64,000 nucleotides of DNA from Octopus sinensis (taxonomy: Eukaryota). A program made the translations under genes and the position numbers. Below, in pieces: positions 13,759 to 27,330 of this stretch (positions are counted from its first letter, which is position 1; each line of letters opens with the position of its first letter). Location of the stretch: positions 96,534,001 through 96,598,000 of the forward strand of contig NC_043005.1 of NCBI RefSeq assembly GCF_006345805.1. Direction: 5' to 3'. A model generated the notes under the pieces. The model ran no database searches, had not been told where the DNA came from, and saw only the letters and a program-made list of their open reading frames with translations.

Positions 13759-14381
13759 TACTTCAACCACTTGGCAAACCATTTCTTATTAGACCATTAG
13801 ACCACCTACTAATTATCATCCGGACACTCTTGCACAGCAATGAAGAAAGCGAAATCACATTCACAAACTTAAAAAAAGAAAACAAAAAATAAAACCCTCA
13901 CAAAATCGCAAACGGAACGACTTCCTCGAAAACACGAAACGAACTTTACAGAATCCACCATCACAGCAATCACAAAGATAGACACTGCAGAGTATATAAA
14001 CTGAACGAAATAATTATTAATACTTGCAAAAGACGTATTCCTCCAGGCAACATAAAAAATATATTCAACTACAATTCTGCGCATTAGGAATGGCCAACGT
14101 GATAAAAAATCAAGAGAATCCAAACATCTGAGACGACCTGAAATGTGCTGAAACCACACAAACACAAACCGAAAATATAACTTCGACATCAAACATCTAA
14201 ACAAGGAAAGAAAAGAATAAAGAAATGCAAAAAGAAAAGTAAAAAAGAAAAAAGGCTATAGAGAAAAACACACAAAAAAGCAACTAAACAAAACTTGCAA
14301 ACCTATCCGAGTATCAAGTGCAAAACTAACTGTAAAATTCTACATAGAATTAATTAGCAGCATCGTCATTATCACCAAAAC

Positions 14382-14600
14382 CACCGCCGCCGCCGCTGCC
14401 GCCGCCTCCGCTGCCGCCGCCTCCGCTGCCGCCGCCTCCGCTGCCGCCGCTGCCGCCGCCTCCGCTGCTGCCGCTGCCGCCGCTGCCGCCGCTGCCGCCG
14501 CTGCCGCCGCTGCCGCCGTCTCCGCTGCCGCCGCCTCCGCTGCCGCCGCCTCCGCTGCCGCCGCCGCTACCGCCGCCGCCGCCGCTGCCGCCGCCCCCGC
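14382..14600. repeat. GC-rich (GCC/GCT/TCC)n trinucleotide array
   Basis: Direct reading: gccgccgcctccgctgcc units. Confidence 0.95.
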
Positions 14601-14709
14601 CATAAAACCTCAATGTGCATACCCTGCAACACCAAGAAACGCTCTTATCAGACACTTCATCACCATCATCACCACTATTATCCCCCCCACCACCAACAAG
14701 AACAGTAAA

Positions 14710-15050
14710 GGCGCTATGGCCCAGTGGTTAGGGCAGCGGACTCGCGGTCGGAGGATCGTGGTTTCGATTCCCAGACCGGGCGCTGTGTGTGCTTATTGAG
14801 CGAAAACACCTAAAGCACCACGAGGCTCCGGCAGGGGGTGGTGGCGACCCTTGTTGTACTCTTTCGCCCCAACTTTCTCTCACTCTTTCTTCCTGTTTCT
14901 TGTCCCCGACTTCCTACGCAACCGCTGAGCCTGGATGCGCATTCATCCATCCGTCAATGCTCTCGGTGTCGGGGGTTGACCTGCTTTCTCTTCTACGGGT
15001 CTCACGAATAGCAAAGGACCACTATTCAGACTTCTCCCACAACAACAACA
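14710..15050 (+). mobile_element. SINE family D, full length, (CAA)n tail
   Basis: tRNA-like head ggcgctatggcccagtggttagggcagcggactcgcggtcggaggatcgtggtttcgattcc. A second copy starts at 63830. Confidence 0.85.
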
Positions 15051-16329
15051 ATAACAGCACACACACATACACACACTCATTCACACACACACACACACAC
15101 ACACATAAAAAAGCACCCCACACCTAAATTACAATATCGACGCCACCCTTTTCCATTAGATACGCACACGACGAAAAAATAGGGAAATTTTGTTTCAGGG
15201 TCAGATAAAATCACAAACATATTAATCAAAACACTTTTGGCCTGAATGAATCCCTGCGGTCACCATCGTCTGCAACTCTGCGGTCACCATCGTCTGCAAC
15301 TAACATTGTAAAATGTAAATTTCCCCACTTTTAGAAGCTGGGTAATTTTATGGCTATTCTAATAAAACCTCAAGTGAACGAACATCATACAGACCCATCA
15401 CCTCCATATGTATACATTCAAAAATTCTAGAAAGGCCAACCCCTGATTTCAGTAAGCGATGCACACCATCTCTAGAATCACATCATTGATTCAGATCACT
15501 ATGTTCAATCATAACCAATTTCACACACCAAATACGGAAAAAAATGCTTGATAGCAGCATCTATATATATATATAATATCTTACATATGTTCCATTCTAA
15601 CAACCGTTGATGTTAGCCAAACTTCCGATTTCATTCCCTGTTATCCCCTCATCCATAAAACTCTTAAAATGACAAAACGTTGGCTACCTACCTGTCAGAG
15701 TGTCAAGTGTGTGTAGGGTAAGTTAATTTTTTGTTTCTCGAATAGATTAGAAGAGGGATCGTCCCCGTACTCACTCTTTTCAATCAAATTATACACGGCC
15801 TAGCTACAGCTTCACGAAACACAGAGACAGTCTGTTGTGTGGATGCTCCAGACGATGAAGTAGGCTAGCCCAATACGTAGATATAGAGGGAGAAGTCTAG
15901 ACGTCGAAGAGAAGAGTTGAGCGGAGTTGAGTAAAGGTCATCCGAACGTGCGACATAACACAGTCTTAAACACATGTGTCATCACATTTACTTTCATCCA
16001 TCATTCACCAGACACTGCTGTACAATTACTTCAACGCTACATGAATTACAAAGAGACCTGGTTCCACAACAACTAATTCAGCCGTTCAAGAATTTGGACC
16101 TGGAGATCTCCATTTCCAGCGACTTCGAGGGCCACCTCCCAGTGGTGTCGGGCGTCAATGAAGAGCCCTCGACTACAACAAGACGACGAAAGCTTTTTCC
16201 CCCAAGGTCTGGGGTCTCCCGCCCCTAAGCCCTAGACCATCACCTAATCACCTTTACCCGTCTTGTTGCTCAACAACAACAACAACTAATTCAAAGTAAC
16301 ACCAGTTACCCTCATTATCTCCCTTATTT

Positions 16330-16680
16330 ATCTAAGCCCCTTATGGGGATTAGGCCATCGATGACTTTTATCCACTGCTTTCGACTCTAGGTTTGTCTTT
16401 TCTGATTCTTTGTTGCTGGATTCCTGCTTTTTCCTTTCTGACTCAGTATCCAGCCTCCAGCTGTCTATTTGGCTGCTCCGTGTTATATGTTTTCCTAGGG
16501 GAAAGCCTTCCTCTACTAGGCATTGTTGATCTTGAACTGACATCGATGTTTCCGATACTTAACTTTATTCTAGGTAGAGGTGTTGGTCCCACGCGACCCC
16601 ATTTTTACCTGTGGGGAGAAGTGATCCATATTAGTCTGGTATTAGTTAGACAACCACTGTTGTCAAAATAAATATTATGT
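16330..16680 (-). mobile_element. Possible RTE LINE 3' end fragment
   Basis: Minus-strand pieces SRGRLSPRKTY and QWIKVIDGLIP resemble RTE ORF C-termini. Confidence 0.35.
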
Positions 16681-16794
16681 CAACCAACTATTATTGTCTA
16701 ATGCCGTCACCTAACACCATTGTTTAACAGTATCCACACAACCTTCAATATATAACTTTTATCATTAATAATTATCGTCATTGCCTACCAAGCT

Positions 16795-16935
16795 CGTCTG
16801 TCTTTACGTTCAAATTCAGCCGAGGTCGACTTTATCTTTCATTCTATCGGGGTCGATAAAATAAATACTAATTGATCACTGAGTCGATATACTCGACTTA
16901 AGCTCTCCCACGTACCAAAGTTTTGAAACCATTAT
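16795..16935 (+). mobile_element. SINE family A partial
   Basis: gttcaaattcagccgaggtcgactttatctttcattctatcggggtcgataaaa...ttttgaaacc. Confidence 0.75.
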
Positions 16936-17109
16936 TACCTTACCAAGCTAACAACGTTCAGACCAGTCGCTAATGTCTAACTAACTCCATTCATACCATT
17001 CACTGTAGTCTTACATCGTAGAAGGAAGCACGTTTATAGCCAGTGGTCTCTGGAATCTTAACATGTGAGAATTACTGAATAAGTAGAATAGGTAAGCTGT
17101 GCAAATCAA

Positions 17110-17118
17110 TATATATAT

Positions 17119-17155
<37 letters not shown>

Positions 17156-17252
17156 TTGTGTGTGTGTGTGTGCGTGTGTGTGCTTGTATTCGCACGCTCA
17201 CATATATGTGTGTATGTGTGTATATGTGTGTATACACACACATATATAATAT

Positions 17253-17304
<52 letters not shown>

Positions 17305-17323
17305 CATATATATACATACATAC

Positions 17324-17357
<34 letters not shown>

Positions 17358-17385
17358 GTTATATATATAATATATATACACACAC

Positions 17386-17478
<93 letters not shown>

Positions 17479-18130
17479 TATACATATATATACACATATA
17501 TATATATATCAAACTACGAACAATATTTCCAGAACTTTGCATCTATAAAACAACGCCAGCAACTACATACAGGATTGTAATAATGGAATAAACCGATGTG
17601 CTTCAAGAGGAAGCAAGCGGAATTTTGACCCCACCTACCTACCTATCCCCCTCCCCCCACACATAAATGTATGTATATATCTATACACAGCGAGAGAATA
17701 TTTTTCTCTACTCCTTCCGGATTTTTTAAAACCATCATTTGCACGAATTATATTCCTTGTTATCAGCATTTATACATACCTACCTACATACATACGTACA
17801 TACATACGTACATACATATATGCATACACACACATACATACATACATATGTACATGCATACACACACATACATACATACATACATACGTACATACATACA
17901 TATGTACATACATGCATACGTACATACATACATACATACATACATACATAGGTACATACATACATACATACATACATACATACATACATACATACGTACG
18001 TTCATATATACATAAATACATACATACATACATACATACATACATACACACATACATACATACGTACATACATACATACGTACATACATACACACACACA
18101 CAACTATCCATACACATACACGTATACGCA
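17110..18130. repeat. Compound (GT)n/(TA)n/(TACA)n microsatellite block
   Basis: Direct reading. Confidence 0.95.
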
Positions 18131-18351
18131 TATATGTATGTGCATGATTGCGTATTCTGTATGTTTTGTCATACAAGAGCATAAAAGTGTTCAATAATAT
18201 GACGCTGGAAGTATTTGAAGTCTGATATATGTTAATTTATGTTAATTTATGGGAGATAAATACAGATTATGTACACGATCGAAAGAAAATGTGGCTTGAA
18301 TGAAGAATCTCCGTTATAACTTACATAAATCAATATGTCTACATATATATA

Positions 18352-18642
18352 AGGCGGCGAGCTGGCAGAATCGTTAGCGGGACGCGTAAAATGCTTAGTG
18401 GCATTTCACCCGTCTTTATGTTCTGAGTTCAAATTCCGCCCAGTCGACTTTGTTTTTCATCATTAAGACGCCGGGCAAAAAATGCTTAGCGTCATTACAT
18501 TCTGAGTTCAAATTCCGCCGTGATCGACTTAGCCTTTCATCCTTCATAGTTTCGATAAATAAATAGTAGTTGATCCCTGGGGTTGATGCAGTCGACTTAC
18601 CCTCCCTCTGAAATTACTGGCCCTGTGCCAAAATTTGAGATC
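18352..18642 (+). mobile_element. Composite or partially duplicated SINE family A
   Basis: Two B-box/central segments in tandem (ttctgagttcaaattccgcc occurs twice). Confidence 0.8.
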
Positions 18643-18675
18643 AATATATATATATATACATATATACATGCGTGT

Positions 18676-18996
18676 GAAGGTGCATGGCTCAGTGGTTAGA
18701 GCGTCGAGCTTACGATCGTGAAGTTGTGAGTTCGAATCCCGGACCGAGCTGCGTGTTGTGTTCTTGAGCAAGGCACTTTATTTCACGTTGCTCCAGTTCA
18801 CTCAGCTGTAGAAATGAGTTGCGACGTCACAGGTGCCAAGTTGTATCAGCCTTTAACACTGGTGGAATGTAGAGGGGAGGCCGGTAAGCATGGGTGACTG
18901 CTGGTCTTCCATAAACAACCTTGGCCGGACTTGTGCCTTGGAGGATAACTTTCTAGGTGCAATCCCATGGTCTGTGTCGTAACCGAAGCGGGTCTC
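18676..18996 (+). mobile_element. SINE family B (tRNA-Arg-like head + CORE-like domain)
   Basis: ggctcagtggttagagcgtcgagcttacgatcgtgaagttgtgagttcgaatccc followed by tgtgttcttgagcaaggcactttatttcac. Confidence 0.88.
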
Positions 18997-19946
18997 AGCA
19001 TATATGTGTATCTTTGAGTATATGTGTGCATGTGTGTTTATGTATGCTTATGTTCGTCTATGCGTTTGTTCATTTTAGAAATGAAAGCTAAATGCCCCTA
19101 AAACGTAAATAACAACGTAAGTTTTGATATCCTGCTGTGACTCCTTCGTTTCCTGGTGCTCTTGGGTGAGCTAAAGCTCCATTAACTCGAATGGCCCTTT
19201 GTCATTTCCCTACTCTAGGCTCTTTCACTTTATTTTTACCAACAAAAGGCAAAAAGGCAAACGTAAACACAACCTGGCCCTGCACATTTCAGTTTTTTCT
19301 TCGCTAAACTGTTTGGGAAATGTTTAAATACCACAACTTTTACACTCCTTGCACGTCTTCCTTTCAAAATTCACCTTTAGATTTATGCCTGCCACGCCAG
19401 TTTTTCTCCTTTTGGAGAATGTGACTGTTTATGGAGCTGAAGACACGTTGGCAAAATGTCGTTGTGCGGCTTTTTAGAAATAGTAAGCAATTATTCTTGA
19501 AATTAAGCCCTACCACCTTCAAAACTGCAGGTATATTACGTTTGATAAACATGACAAACAAAACAAAACAGCGGAATGGAAAGGGTTTTACTCATAAGTT
19601 CGTTCAATCAGAGCTGTCGGGGGGGGGGGGGGCTAAATAGCAACCAAATTTTTATTTAATGTGTGGGGGTGGGTTAGGAAAGGAAGAAAGCAATGGAAAT
19701 CTGTAGATTACGAAGCCGACAGTTGCAAAGCAAAAGACGCAATCTCATTTCCTCAACCTTTTTCTCTCAACAGCTAAAATCCTTTACTGCCTTTTCTTTC
19801 GATCTTTTCACTTGGCTTTCTCCATGCGACACGAAATTCGCTGGAGATTATTGTCGTCGTCATTTTTAACCCTTAATTCAATTTTAATTGGGCAGACCCA
19901 AGCTCAATGGCATTCTGACCGAGATTGTGCTGTCTTTTAAAGACAT

Positions 19947-20325
19947 GCGCAGGAGTGGCTGTGTGGTAGGTAGCTTGCTTACCAACCACATGGTTCCGGG
20001 TTCTGTCCCACTACTGAGCAACTTGGGCAACTGTCTTCTGCTATAGCCTCGGGCTATAGCAGAATTTGGTAGACGGAAACTGAAAGAAGACCGTCGTATA
20101 TATGTATATGTATATATATATGTTTGTGTGTCTGTGTTTCTCCCTCAACATCGCTTGACAACCGATGCTGGTGTGTTTACGTCCCCGTAACATAGCGGTT
20201 CGGCAAAAGAGACCGATAGGATAAGTACTACGCTTACAAAGAATAAGTCCTGGGGTCGATTAGCTCGACTAAAGGCGGCGCTCCAGCATGACCGCAGTCA
20301 AATGACTGGAACAAATAAAAGAATA
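19947..20325 (+). mobile_element. SINE family C, full length (tRNA head, CORE-like domain, internal TA/TG repeat, stem-loop tail)
   Basis: gcgcaggagtggctgtgtggtaggtagcttgcttaccaaccacatggttccgggttc...ttgggcaa...cagtcaaatgactg. A reverse-strand copy lies at 42173-42612. Confidence 0.9.
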
Positions 20326-22343
20326 TGCTGCATATCTCCCCGTTTATCACGGGCGTTTGATTAAAAAAACATAACATCGTATTAAAGGAATCAGTGATAA
20401 ATGAATAATTGAATATAAGTTTCTTTACGAGATCACAAGTTGTTCTGAGTGTTGTGGATGAGTGCAGAGTACGCTTTTGCAGTCCAAGCATAGTGTTTGA
20501 CTGATCGCTAGCCCGTGTTATCAGATTAATTCGTGATAAACGTAACGCAGTTCATAATAAACGTACCATGTTATCCTGGATCAATGATAAATGAATCACC
20601 GACAAACGAAAGATGTACCCCATTATCCAACGTTATATTTCCTTATTTAAAATTGTAAGACGTGATTTGAGTGATATTTAGCTGATGTTTCTAGCAGACC
20701 GAGCGACCACATAGAAGCTCTTTGTTTCACTAAAAGCAGGGCGTCATAGTGTCGTGTTACATAACCAAACCACTTCATTTCCACCTTTTAACAATTGACA
20801 GTCTTTTACAATTGACAGCCTTTCCAATCAATTTCTCTTCTAACACTCTCGTTAGGAAATTATCACAGTTCTAAAAACACGTAGGTGACAGAATGTTTCA
20901 ATATTGATTCTAAAATAACAAACGTATACATAAATCTATATCGTTAGTCATGCAATACTGGTGTATATTGATTTCAGACTTAAGCACGTGAACACGGAAT
21001 AACAGAAGGAGGCAAATTAAATGATATAATTTAAGAGGCATTAACTGTACAGATAAACTGACTTCAGCCTACAAATTGACACTGTTTCGCTTCTTACTTC
21101 CAGCCAATAAGTCAATTCTTTTCCTTTTTCTTTACATAAATCGAAGCTACATCGCCCATGATTTTGTTTACATCCACATCCTCTCAGTAATTGTTCATCA
21201 ATACATTTAACTGGATTGACCTATAAATGAAATATGTGTTAGTGTGTATCTGTATATGATTGTGAGCAAGGTGGCGCACTGACACAGATATTAGAGCGTG
21301 AGATAGAATGCCTGATGGTATTTGTTACTGCTCCATGGGATGGGCCCCGAGTTCAAGTCTTCTCGGTGTCAACTTTGTTAAATAAAGGACCAGTTTGAGG
21401 AAAGGCAATAGATTGGTGGAATAGACAGGGAACCAGAAGGGATGGATTGTGGAAACTGTTCTAGATCTTTTATGTTCCCATGGTGACAGCACTGATGCGA
21501 GGTTGTATCAACTTTCCATTTCCTTTGGACAACATTGATTGCATTCATGAGAAATTGCCGGTCATTCATGAAAGCAAACCTTACCGAGAGCTGTGTCCTG
21601 AAGACGAAATTTGCCGGTGTCGATCTATAGTGTTACGAGGCATTCAGATGTCCTGGATATTATAGCGACATCGGACGAAACATAAGCTCCAAGTAAATCG
21701 AGACGACTAACCCATTTCACTTCCTTTTGGCATAAGGTAATGCGTGATTTTAGTGAGCTCTGCTTCTATTTCTAGTAGATTAGATGAACATCTTAGACAA
21801 TTGTCGTTATCGCCTCAATGTTATTTGCATGTGCTATCAGAGGTTGTATTAGCGTTTATGGTGCTGATAGTAGCATGTCCTTATAGTTCCAGTATTGATA
21901 ATGGCAGTTAGAAAGGCGACACTGCTAGGATGGTGCCTATGTTGATATAGATTATTAGAATATTTATCAGGTGGCGAACTGGTGGAGTCGATATAGTGTT
22001 GGATAAGATGCAGATGCATTGCGTTATTTATTCCGATTCTGTACACTCCAAGTTCATATCTCGACGTAGTCATCTTTGCTCTATCTCTTTTCGAGGGCGA
22101 TAAAAAAATACCCACCCAAGGCAGTGGAATGGGCGAAACTGCTACAGCGTCGAGCAATATGACCTACGATATTTGTTTCGGCTCCGTGCAACCGGACAGA
22201 AAGACAGAAACGCCTTAAACGGCTGTGTTGTCAAGTTGTATCGACCAAGTTGGCAGCCGTCCAAATGATTAAAGCTCAGTAGTACATGGGCAGCTGCTCG
22301 TCTTTCTCAAACATTCTACATAATCCTGTGCAAATATGTGCAG

Positions 22344-22398
22344 ATACATTGACAACATTGATCAATGGAGGCCCTGAAGAATATTCACGGTACTTAAG
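22344..22398 (+). CDS. Weak candidate coding exon (TLTTLINGGPEEYSRYL)
   Basis: Acceptor tgtgcag and donor AG|gtggta (weak), open frame. No homology recognised. Confidence 0.15.
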
Positions 22399-22449
22399 GT
22401 GGTATTGTTAGAAATGTACTTTCTCTGTTGTTTACACTAGTATACATAT

Positions 22450-23040
22450 AATGGTGCTGTGAGTGGAAGAGCTTGCCGTAATGATGGTGTTGGCACCAGC
22501 TGTAAAGCTGACACTGGTGTTGGTTATAGAATTGGAACTGTGAACAAATGAATTTTTTCCTGTAACTGTGGTCACGAGGGAAGTGATGTTGCTCCCCTTG
22601 GTAGTACTGGTGGTAATGGTACTTGCGATAGTGATGGCTTTAGCCTTGTAGTGATGCTACTAGTGGTGTTATCATGTGCAAGGCGATATGGTGCAAGTGA
22701 AATGGTGATTGTACTGTTAGTAGTTAGTATTAGTATTGGTCGTAGTATTTGTGGTGGTATAGCGGTGTTATTTGTGATATAGTAATGTCATTGTTGACGT
22801 ACAGGAGGCTTTAGTGATATGCTGAAAGGATTTCGAGCGTCGTGGTTGCGCAGGTGCTAATGGTGGTTTAGTGACAGAACTGATGGTATTCTGTGACATT
22901 GGTTGAGGAATGATGGTGTGCTGGCGATAATGGCGGCAGTGTTATGCGGTATTGATTGAGTTAAGTCTGTAGTATTGGTAGTTTTGCAGTGGTGTTGGTG
23001 TATTGATGCACTCACTGATAGTGTAGCTAGCGTAGTATAC
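22450..23040. repeat. Highly degenerate GGT/GAT-rich low-complexity tract
   Basis: Direct reading. Confidence 0.7.
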
Positions 23041-24454
23041 ATGAAAGGACATAGATATATTCAAAATAAATGTCCTTTATGTGGTCAAAATAATAAATCA
23101 ATAATTTCGTGCTGATCGGTATTACTTAAAAGAGTTGCAGACAGAGGGAGGAAGAGAGAAAGAAAGAATAAAAGAAAGCTGAAACAAATTGACACACAAA
23201 ATACAAACACTAATAAACACACATACACACGAAGCAATGTATTCATTAGAAATGAATAAACTCCTTATTGTCAGCTTCTTCTAAAGATCCATCCGTTGAA
23301 ACTAATCGTTCAGTGCAAATATCATTTGATACAATTATACTCTGATAGACTTATTGTTTTGCGATATTGTCTGGTTCGGTTCTTCTTTGATTCAATGATT
23401 GTCTGATAAGTTTATTGTTTGAAGATTTTAGTTTTTCACGGAGTAATTGATTGAAATAAAGTCTGGTCTAGTTGAGATGTAGTGCAAATATCATATGATA
23501 GAGTTGTATAGGTCGATGAAATTATCAAATGTTAGCGCTCTCATCTGATATAATTATCATCAGTTTAGTAGTGAATTCGTTGCCTCATCAAGTCATTGTC
23601 TTGTACACTTTATTACCAGAAAGCATTATCTTTTAAAGTAGTTACTGACCGGTAAAATCACTGCGAAATGTATTCATCGTTGAGGTCAAAAAGAATTATA
23701 ATTTTATTTTGTTACAGTTTTGTAACTTGAACAAAAGGAAAAAGAAAAAGAAAACTAACAATCAGGAAATCGAAACATCAAACTTAAAAAGAAAAAAAAA
23801 ACGAAAATCTTGCTCTAAACATTAAATAATAAAAACCAAGTCTCTTTCTTTTAAAAGCTTTTTATCTTTCTTCTTGTAGTTGCTATCGCCGTTGTCTTGA
23901 CATTTACTTGATGTTGCTCTTCTTGATATTTAGAAGTGAAGATTGATGATTCAAATAAAAATATTTTTAATGAATAATAAAAGCAACGAATAAAAATATA
24001 AACATCAGATTTCGATTAAAGCAGCCATATTTTAAGCAGAATAAAATTTCATACGGCGATTGTAATTACAACTTTTCTATGAATACTAATTAAAACCTTA
24101 TAATTACAATTCTATCACTTCTTGGTTTATGGGCCTTATCTGATTTCGTTCACCATATTCTTAACTCCGATATGTCTCGCTATCTCAGGGAATAAAATTT
24201 ACGTCATTTTGTATTTAGCTATTTCTCGTATAAAAATCTACGAGTTCTTACATAATACACTATATTTTCTACTACTTTTAATATTTCCTTTAACATGTTA
24301 TATTTTGTTTAAAAATCTATAAAACTACGATGCTGTATCATAGTAAATATGGCTTTATGCCACGTATCCTGTGTTTTTTTTAGTGAACGAGTCTATTAAA
24401 GCCGTTCCGCAATATAATTCTTTCTAAATTTGCCACTAGACCAAACATTTTAAG

Positions 24455-24628
24455 AGGCAGAGGGAGTCTTTTGCATCGACCCCTGTGTTCAACTGTACTT
24501 ATTTTATCGACTTCGAAAGGATAAAAAGGTAAAGTCGATCTCATCGGTATTTGAACTGAGACTGTAAAAAGATGTCGGTAATCAGTGTATGTAATGCAGT
24601 GACGATTCTGTCAGTTCACCGCCTTATC
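24455..24628 (-). mobile_element. SINE family A (diverged)
   Basis: aaagtcgatctcatcggtatttgaactgagac...gattctgtcagttcaccgcctta. Confidence 0.75.
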
Positions 24629-24949
24629 CCTCGCAGTATAGCTGTAACTCTCTTAAATGACATATTGAATTTTTCCTATCCATATATCCGTTTTACTGTA
24701 ACGTTCTCTTGAAGCGTTTGTCTTCAAAGAAAGTACTGAACTTCAAAGGTAAACTGAACACTAACCATAATGACCAAGGAGAACGGGAACATTCCTTGTT
24801 ATAAAACCGTTTGGACATATTTCAGCAATTTTGAAAGAAAGAGATAGTCGATATTATCGATTCCGAACGGACGGAAAGCAAAGTTAGCCCTGACGAGATT
24901 GGACTCAGAAAATAAAGTGATGCAACAAAAACTTGTCTTATTCGGCGCT

Positions 24950-25031
24950 CTTCTTCTTCTTCTTCTTCTCTTCTTCTCTTTCTTCTTCTTTTCTTCTTCT
25001 TCTTCTTCTTCTCTCTTTCTTCTTTTCGTCT

Positions 25032-25062
<31 letters not shown>

Positions 25063-25190
25063 TCTCCCCCCTCCTCCTCCTCCTTCTTCTTCTTATTCTT
25101 CTTCTTCTTTCTTCCTCTCTTCTTTCTCCTTTTCTTCTTCTTCTTCTTCTTCTCCTCCTCCTCCTCCTCATTCTTGTTAGTAGTTGTAGT

Positions 25191-25222
<32 letters not shown>

Positions 25223-25225
25223 CAA
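24950..25225. repeat. (CTT/CCT)n polypyrimidine tract plus (AGT)n
   Basis: Direct reading. Confidence 0.95.
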
Positions 25226-25822
25226 AAGCTGCTTTACTATTCACGATTTCATAAATACTTTTCTTACATATATATCTACGTTAGTTGCCCCAAACTTCCT
25301 CCTATATTGCACCCAGGTGCCAATGCGAGAGATAATTATCACAATGAAGAAACCCAATAATTTTCGTAAATTACATTTTAAAAACACAAAACAAAATCTT
25401 TGGTACCCTTATTTTTTGAAATTACTACGCTAAAATGGAGATTGATGTGTGACGTCATGCATTCCCTTCTGCTCTGTTCACCTGTTTCTTTTTTATGCAC
25501 ATATTCTCTTATTCTAGGTCAACAGCTCTCTCTATTACTTCTTCCCACTCCCTCTTCCTCCTCCCTCTCTCCCCCTCTTTTTCCCACTGCAGCTCTTTGA
25601 TCAGCTCTTTCACTTTCTCTATTAGCTCAGCATATCTTTCTCTATCACTGTCTCTTTCTCATTCACTCATGCATTATCTCCCTTTTTCTATCTCTCATCT
25701 TCTCTCACTCAATTACTCCAGTTCACCCATTCTTTTTCGCTCATAGCCTCACTCATTGCATGTATGTATGTATGTATGTATGTATGTATGTATGTATGTA
25801 TGTATGTATGTATGTATGCATG

Positions 25823-26048
25823 CTAGCTGGCAGCATGGTTAGCACGCCGGGCGAAATGCGTAGCCGTATTTCGTCTGCCGTTACGTTCTGAGTTCAAATT
25901 CCACCGAGGTCAATTTTGCCTTTCATCCTTTCGGGGTCGATAAATTAAGTACCACTTGCGCACTGGGGTCGATATAATCGACTTAATCCGTTTGTCTGTC
26001 CTTGTTTGTCCCCTCTGTGTGAAGCCCCTTGTGGGCAGTAAAGAAATA
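25823..26048 (+). mobile_element. SINE family A between (TATG)n tracts
   Basis: Near-consensus match to 12816-13047. Confidence 0.9.
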
Positions 26049-26189
26049 TGTATGTATGTATATATGTATGTATGTATGTATGTATGAATGTATGTATGTA
26101 TGTATGTATGTATGTATGTATGTATGTATGTATGTATGTATGTATGTATGAATGAATGTATGTATGTACATACATAAAGATGGATGGAT

Positions 26190-27330
26190 GGATGTCCAAA
26201 ATAGTCCCTTTCGGAAGTCGCACACTTAATCCAGAGCTGTTTCGACTGAGGGAAGCATTCCTGGAACTCGTTTCAGCAGCTGTCTCGTTGCATTCTTACT
26301 TTCAAGCGGGATTTGATTTTTGGAAGGCGGAAAAAGTCGCAAGGGGCGTGATCTGGGGAATGCGGTGGCTGTCGGACCAGGGGAATGCTGTCCCTAGCCA
26401 AAAATTGCTGCACGAGCTGCGCAGAATGGGCAGGCGCGTTGTCATGGTGCAATTGTTACTCACCAGATGCATGCAACTGTGGCCTTTTCCGACAAATGGC
26501 TTCCCTTAAACGTCGCAAAATGTCGCAGTAGTACGCCTTGTTTACTGTCTGACCAGGTGAAGCATGCTCATGATGAACAATTCCCTTGTAGTCGAAGAAA
26601 ACATTCAACAGTGTCTTCACATTGCTTCGATTCATAAGTGCTTTCTTCGGTCTCAGAGAGGTTGAAGTCTTCCACTGCAAAGACAGGCTTTGTTTCGGGG
26701 TCATAGCCATAGACCTACGATTCGTCATCCGTTATGACCGTTTTCAAAAACTTTTCATCGCTCTCGACAAAATCAAGGAGATCTTGTGCAACTGAAACCC
26801 GAGTGTCTTTTTGGGCAGCAGAAAGCAGTTTTGGCACAAACTTGGCAGACACGCGTCTCATACCTAAATCTTCATTGATAACGGACTGAACTGAACCGTA
26901 ACTAATCTTCACATCCTCTGATAACTCACGGATGGTGATTCGACGATTTCCTCTCACAGCTGTGTATACATCTGCGACGTTTTATTCAGTTCTGCTGGTT
27001 GCAGGTCTCCCAGAACGTTCGTCACCATCGACATTTTTGGGCCACCTTGGAAACGTCTGAACCACTCATACACTTGTGTGCAGCTCATACACTCCTCTCC
27101 ATACATTTTATGAAACTTTGCGTAAGCCTCTGAGCAGGTATCGCTAAGCTTTTAGAAAAATTTGACGCAGATTCTCTGCTCAACTTTCTATGTCATGTTC
27201 AATGCGACGACCATACGCTACACACGTTCCTTCCAAGCACTGCAGTAAACAACGGAAGTGAGCAAGAACGTTAAAACTTAGTGCGCATGTACAGTAGAGC
27301 TCAAGCGATTTCACTCTGCATGGTTTAGCT
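26190..27330 (-). mobile_element. Mariner transposase fossil (irritans/Hsmar2-like)
   Basis: MT*KVEQRICVKF (ATG at 27196), VYEWFRRF, NRRITIRELSEDVKISYGSVQSVINEDLGMRRVSAKFVPKLL, FLKTVITDDES, then C-terminal FQECFPQ. Confidence 0.93.

Larger units (their letters stand above)
13761..16290 (+). mobile_element. Fragmented Jockey/I-group-like LINE fossil interrupted by a GCC repeat, a SINE and (CA)n
   Basis: LDHLLIII...ITFTNLKK (end of endonuclease), IINTCKRRIPPGNIKN, SYRPITSICIHSKILER (RT), ELSKGHPNVRH...HSPDTA (C-terminus), then a (CAA)n tail near 16270-16287. Confidence 0.6.

Noticed and set aside
14340-14655. Poly-Ala and poly-Gly/Ser ORFs resembling antifreeze or structural proteins
   Set aside because: They lie entirely within a trinucleotide array inside a LINE fossil, with no splice or domain context.
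19080-19116. Exon bounded by ttttag and gtaagt
   Set aside because: Stop codons in all three frames.
14710-20000. tRNA genes at the SINE heads
   Set aside because: Acceptor stems are incomplete, and each head continues into a repeated SINE body found multiple times in the window.
20290-20320. SINE family C tail AGUC-AAAU-GACU-GAAAC-AA-GUA as a half hammerhead
   Set aside because: There is no CUGANGA 5' half. The stem-loop is more simply explained as an RTE-LINE-type 3' tail.
23718-23950. Polybasic (FCNLNKRKKKK...) and AIAVVLTFT* terminal-exon candidates
   Set aside because: Short A-rich or hydrophobic frames expected by chance; no upstream exons or homology.
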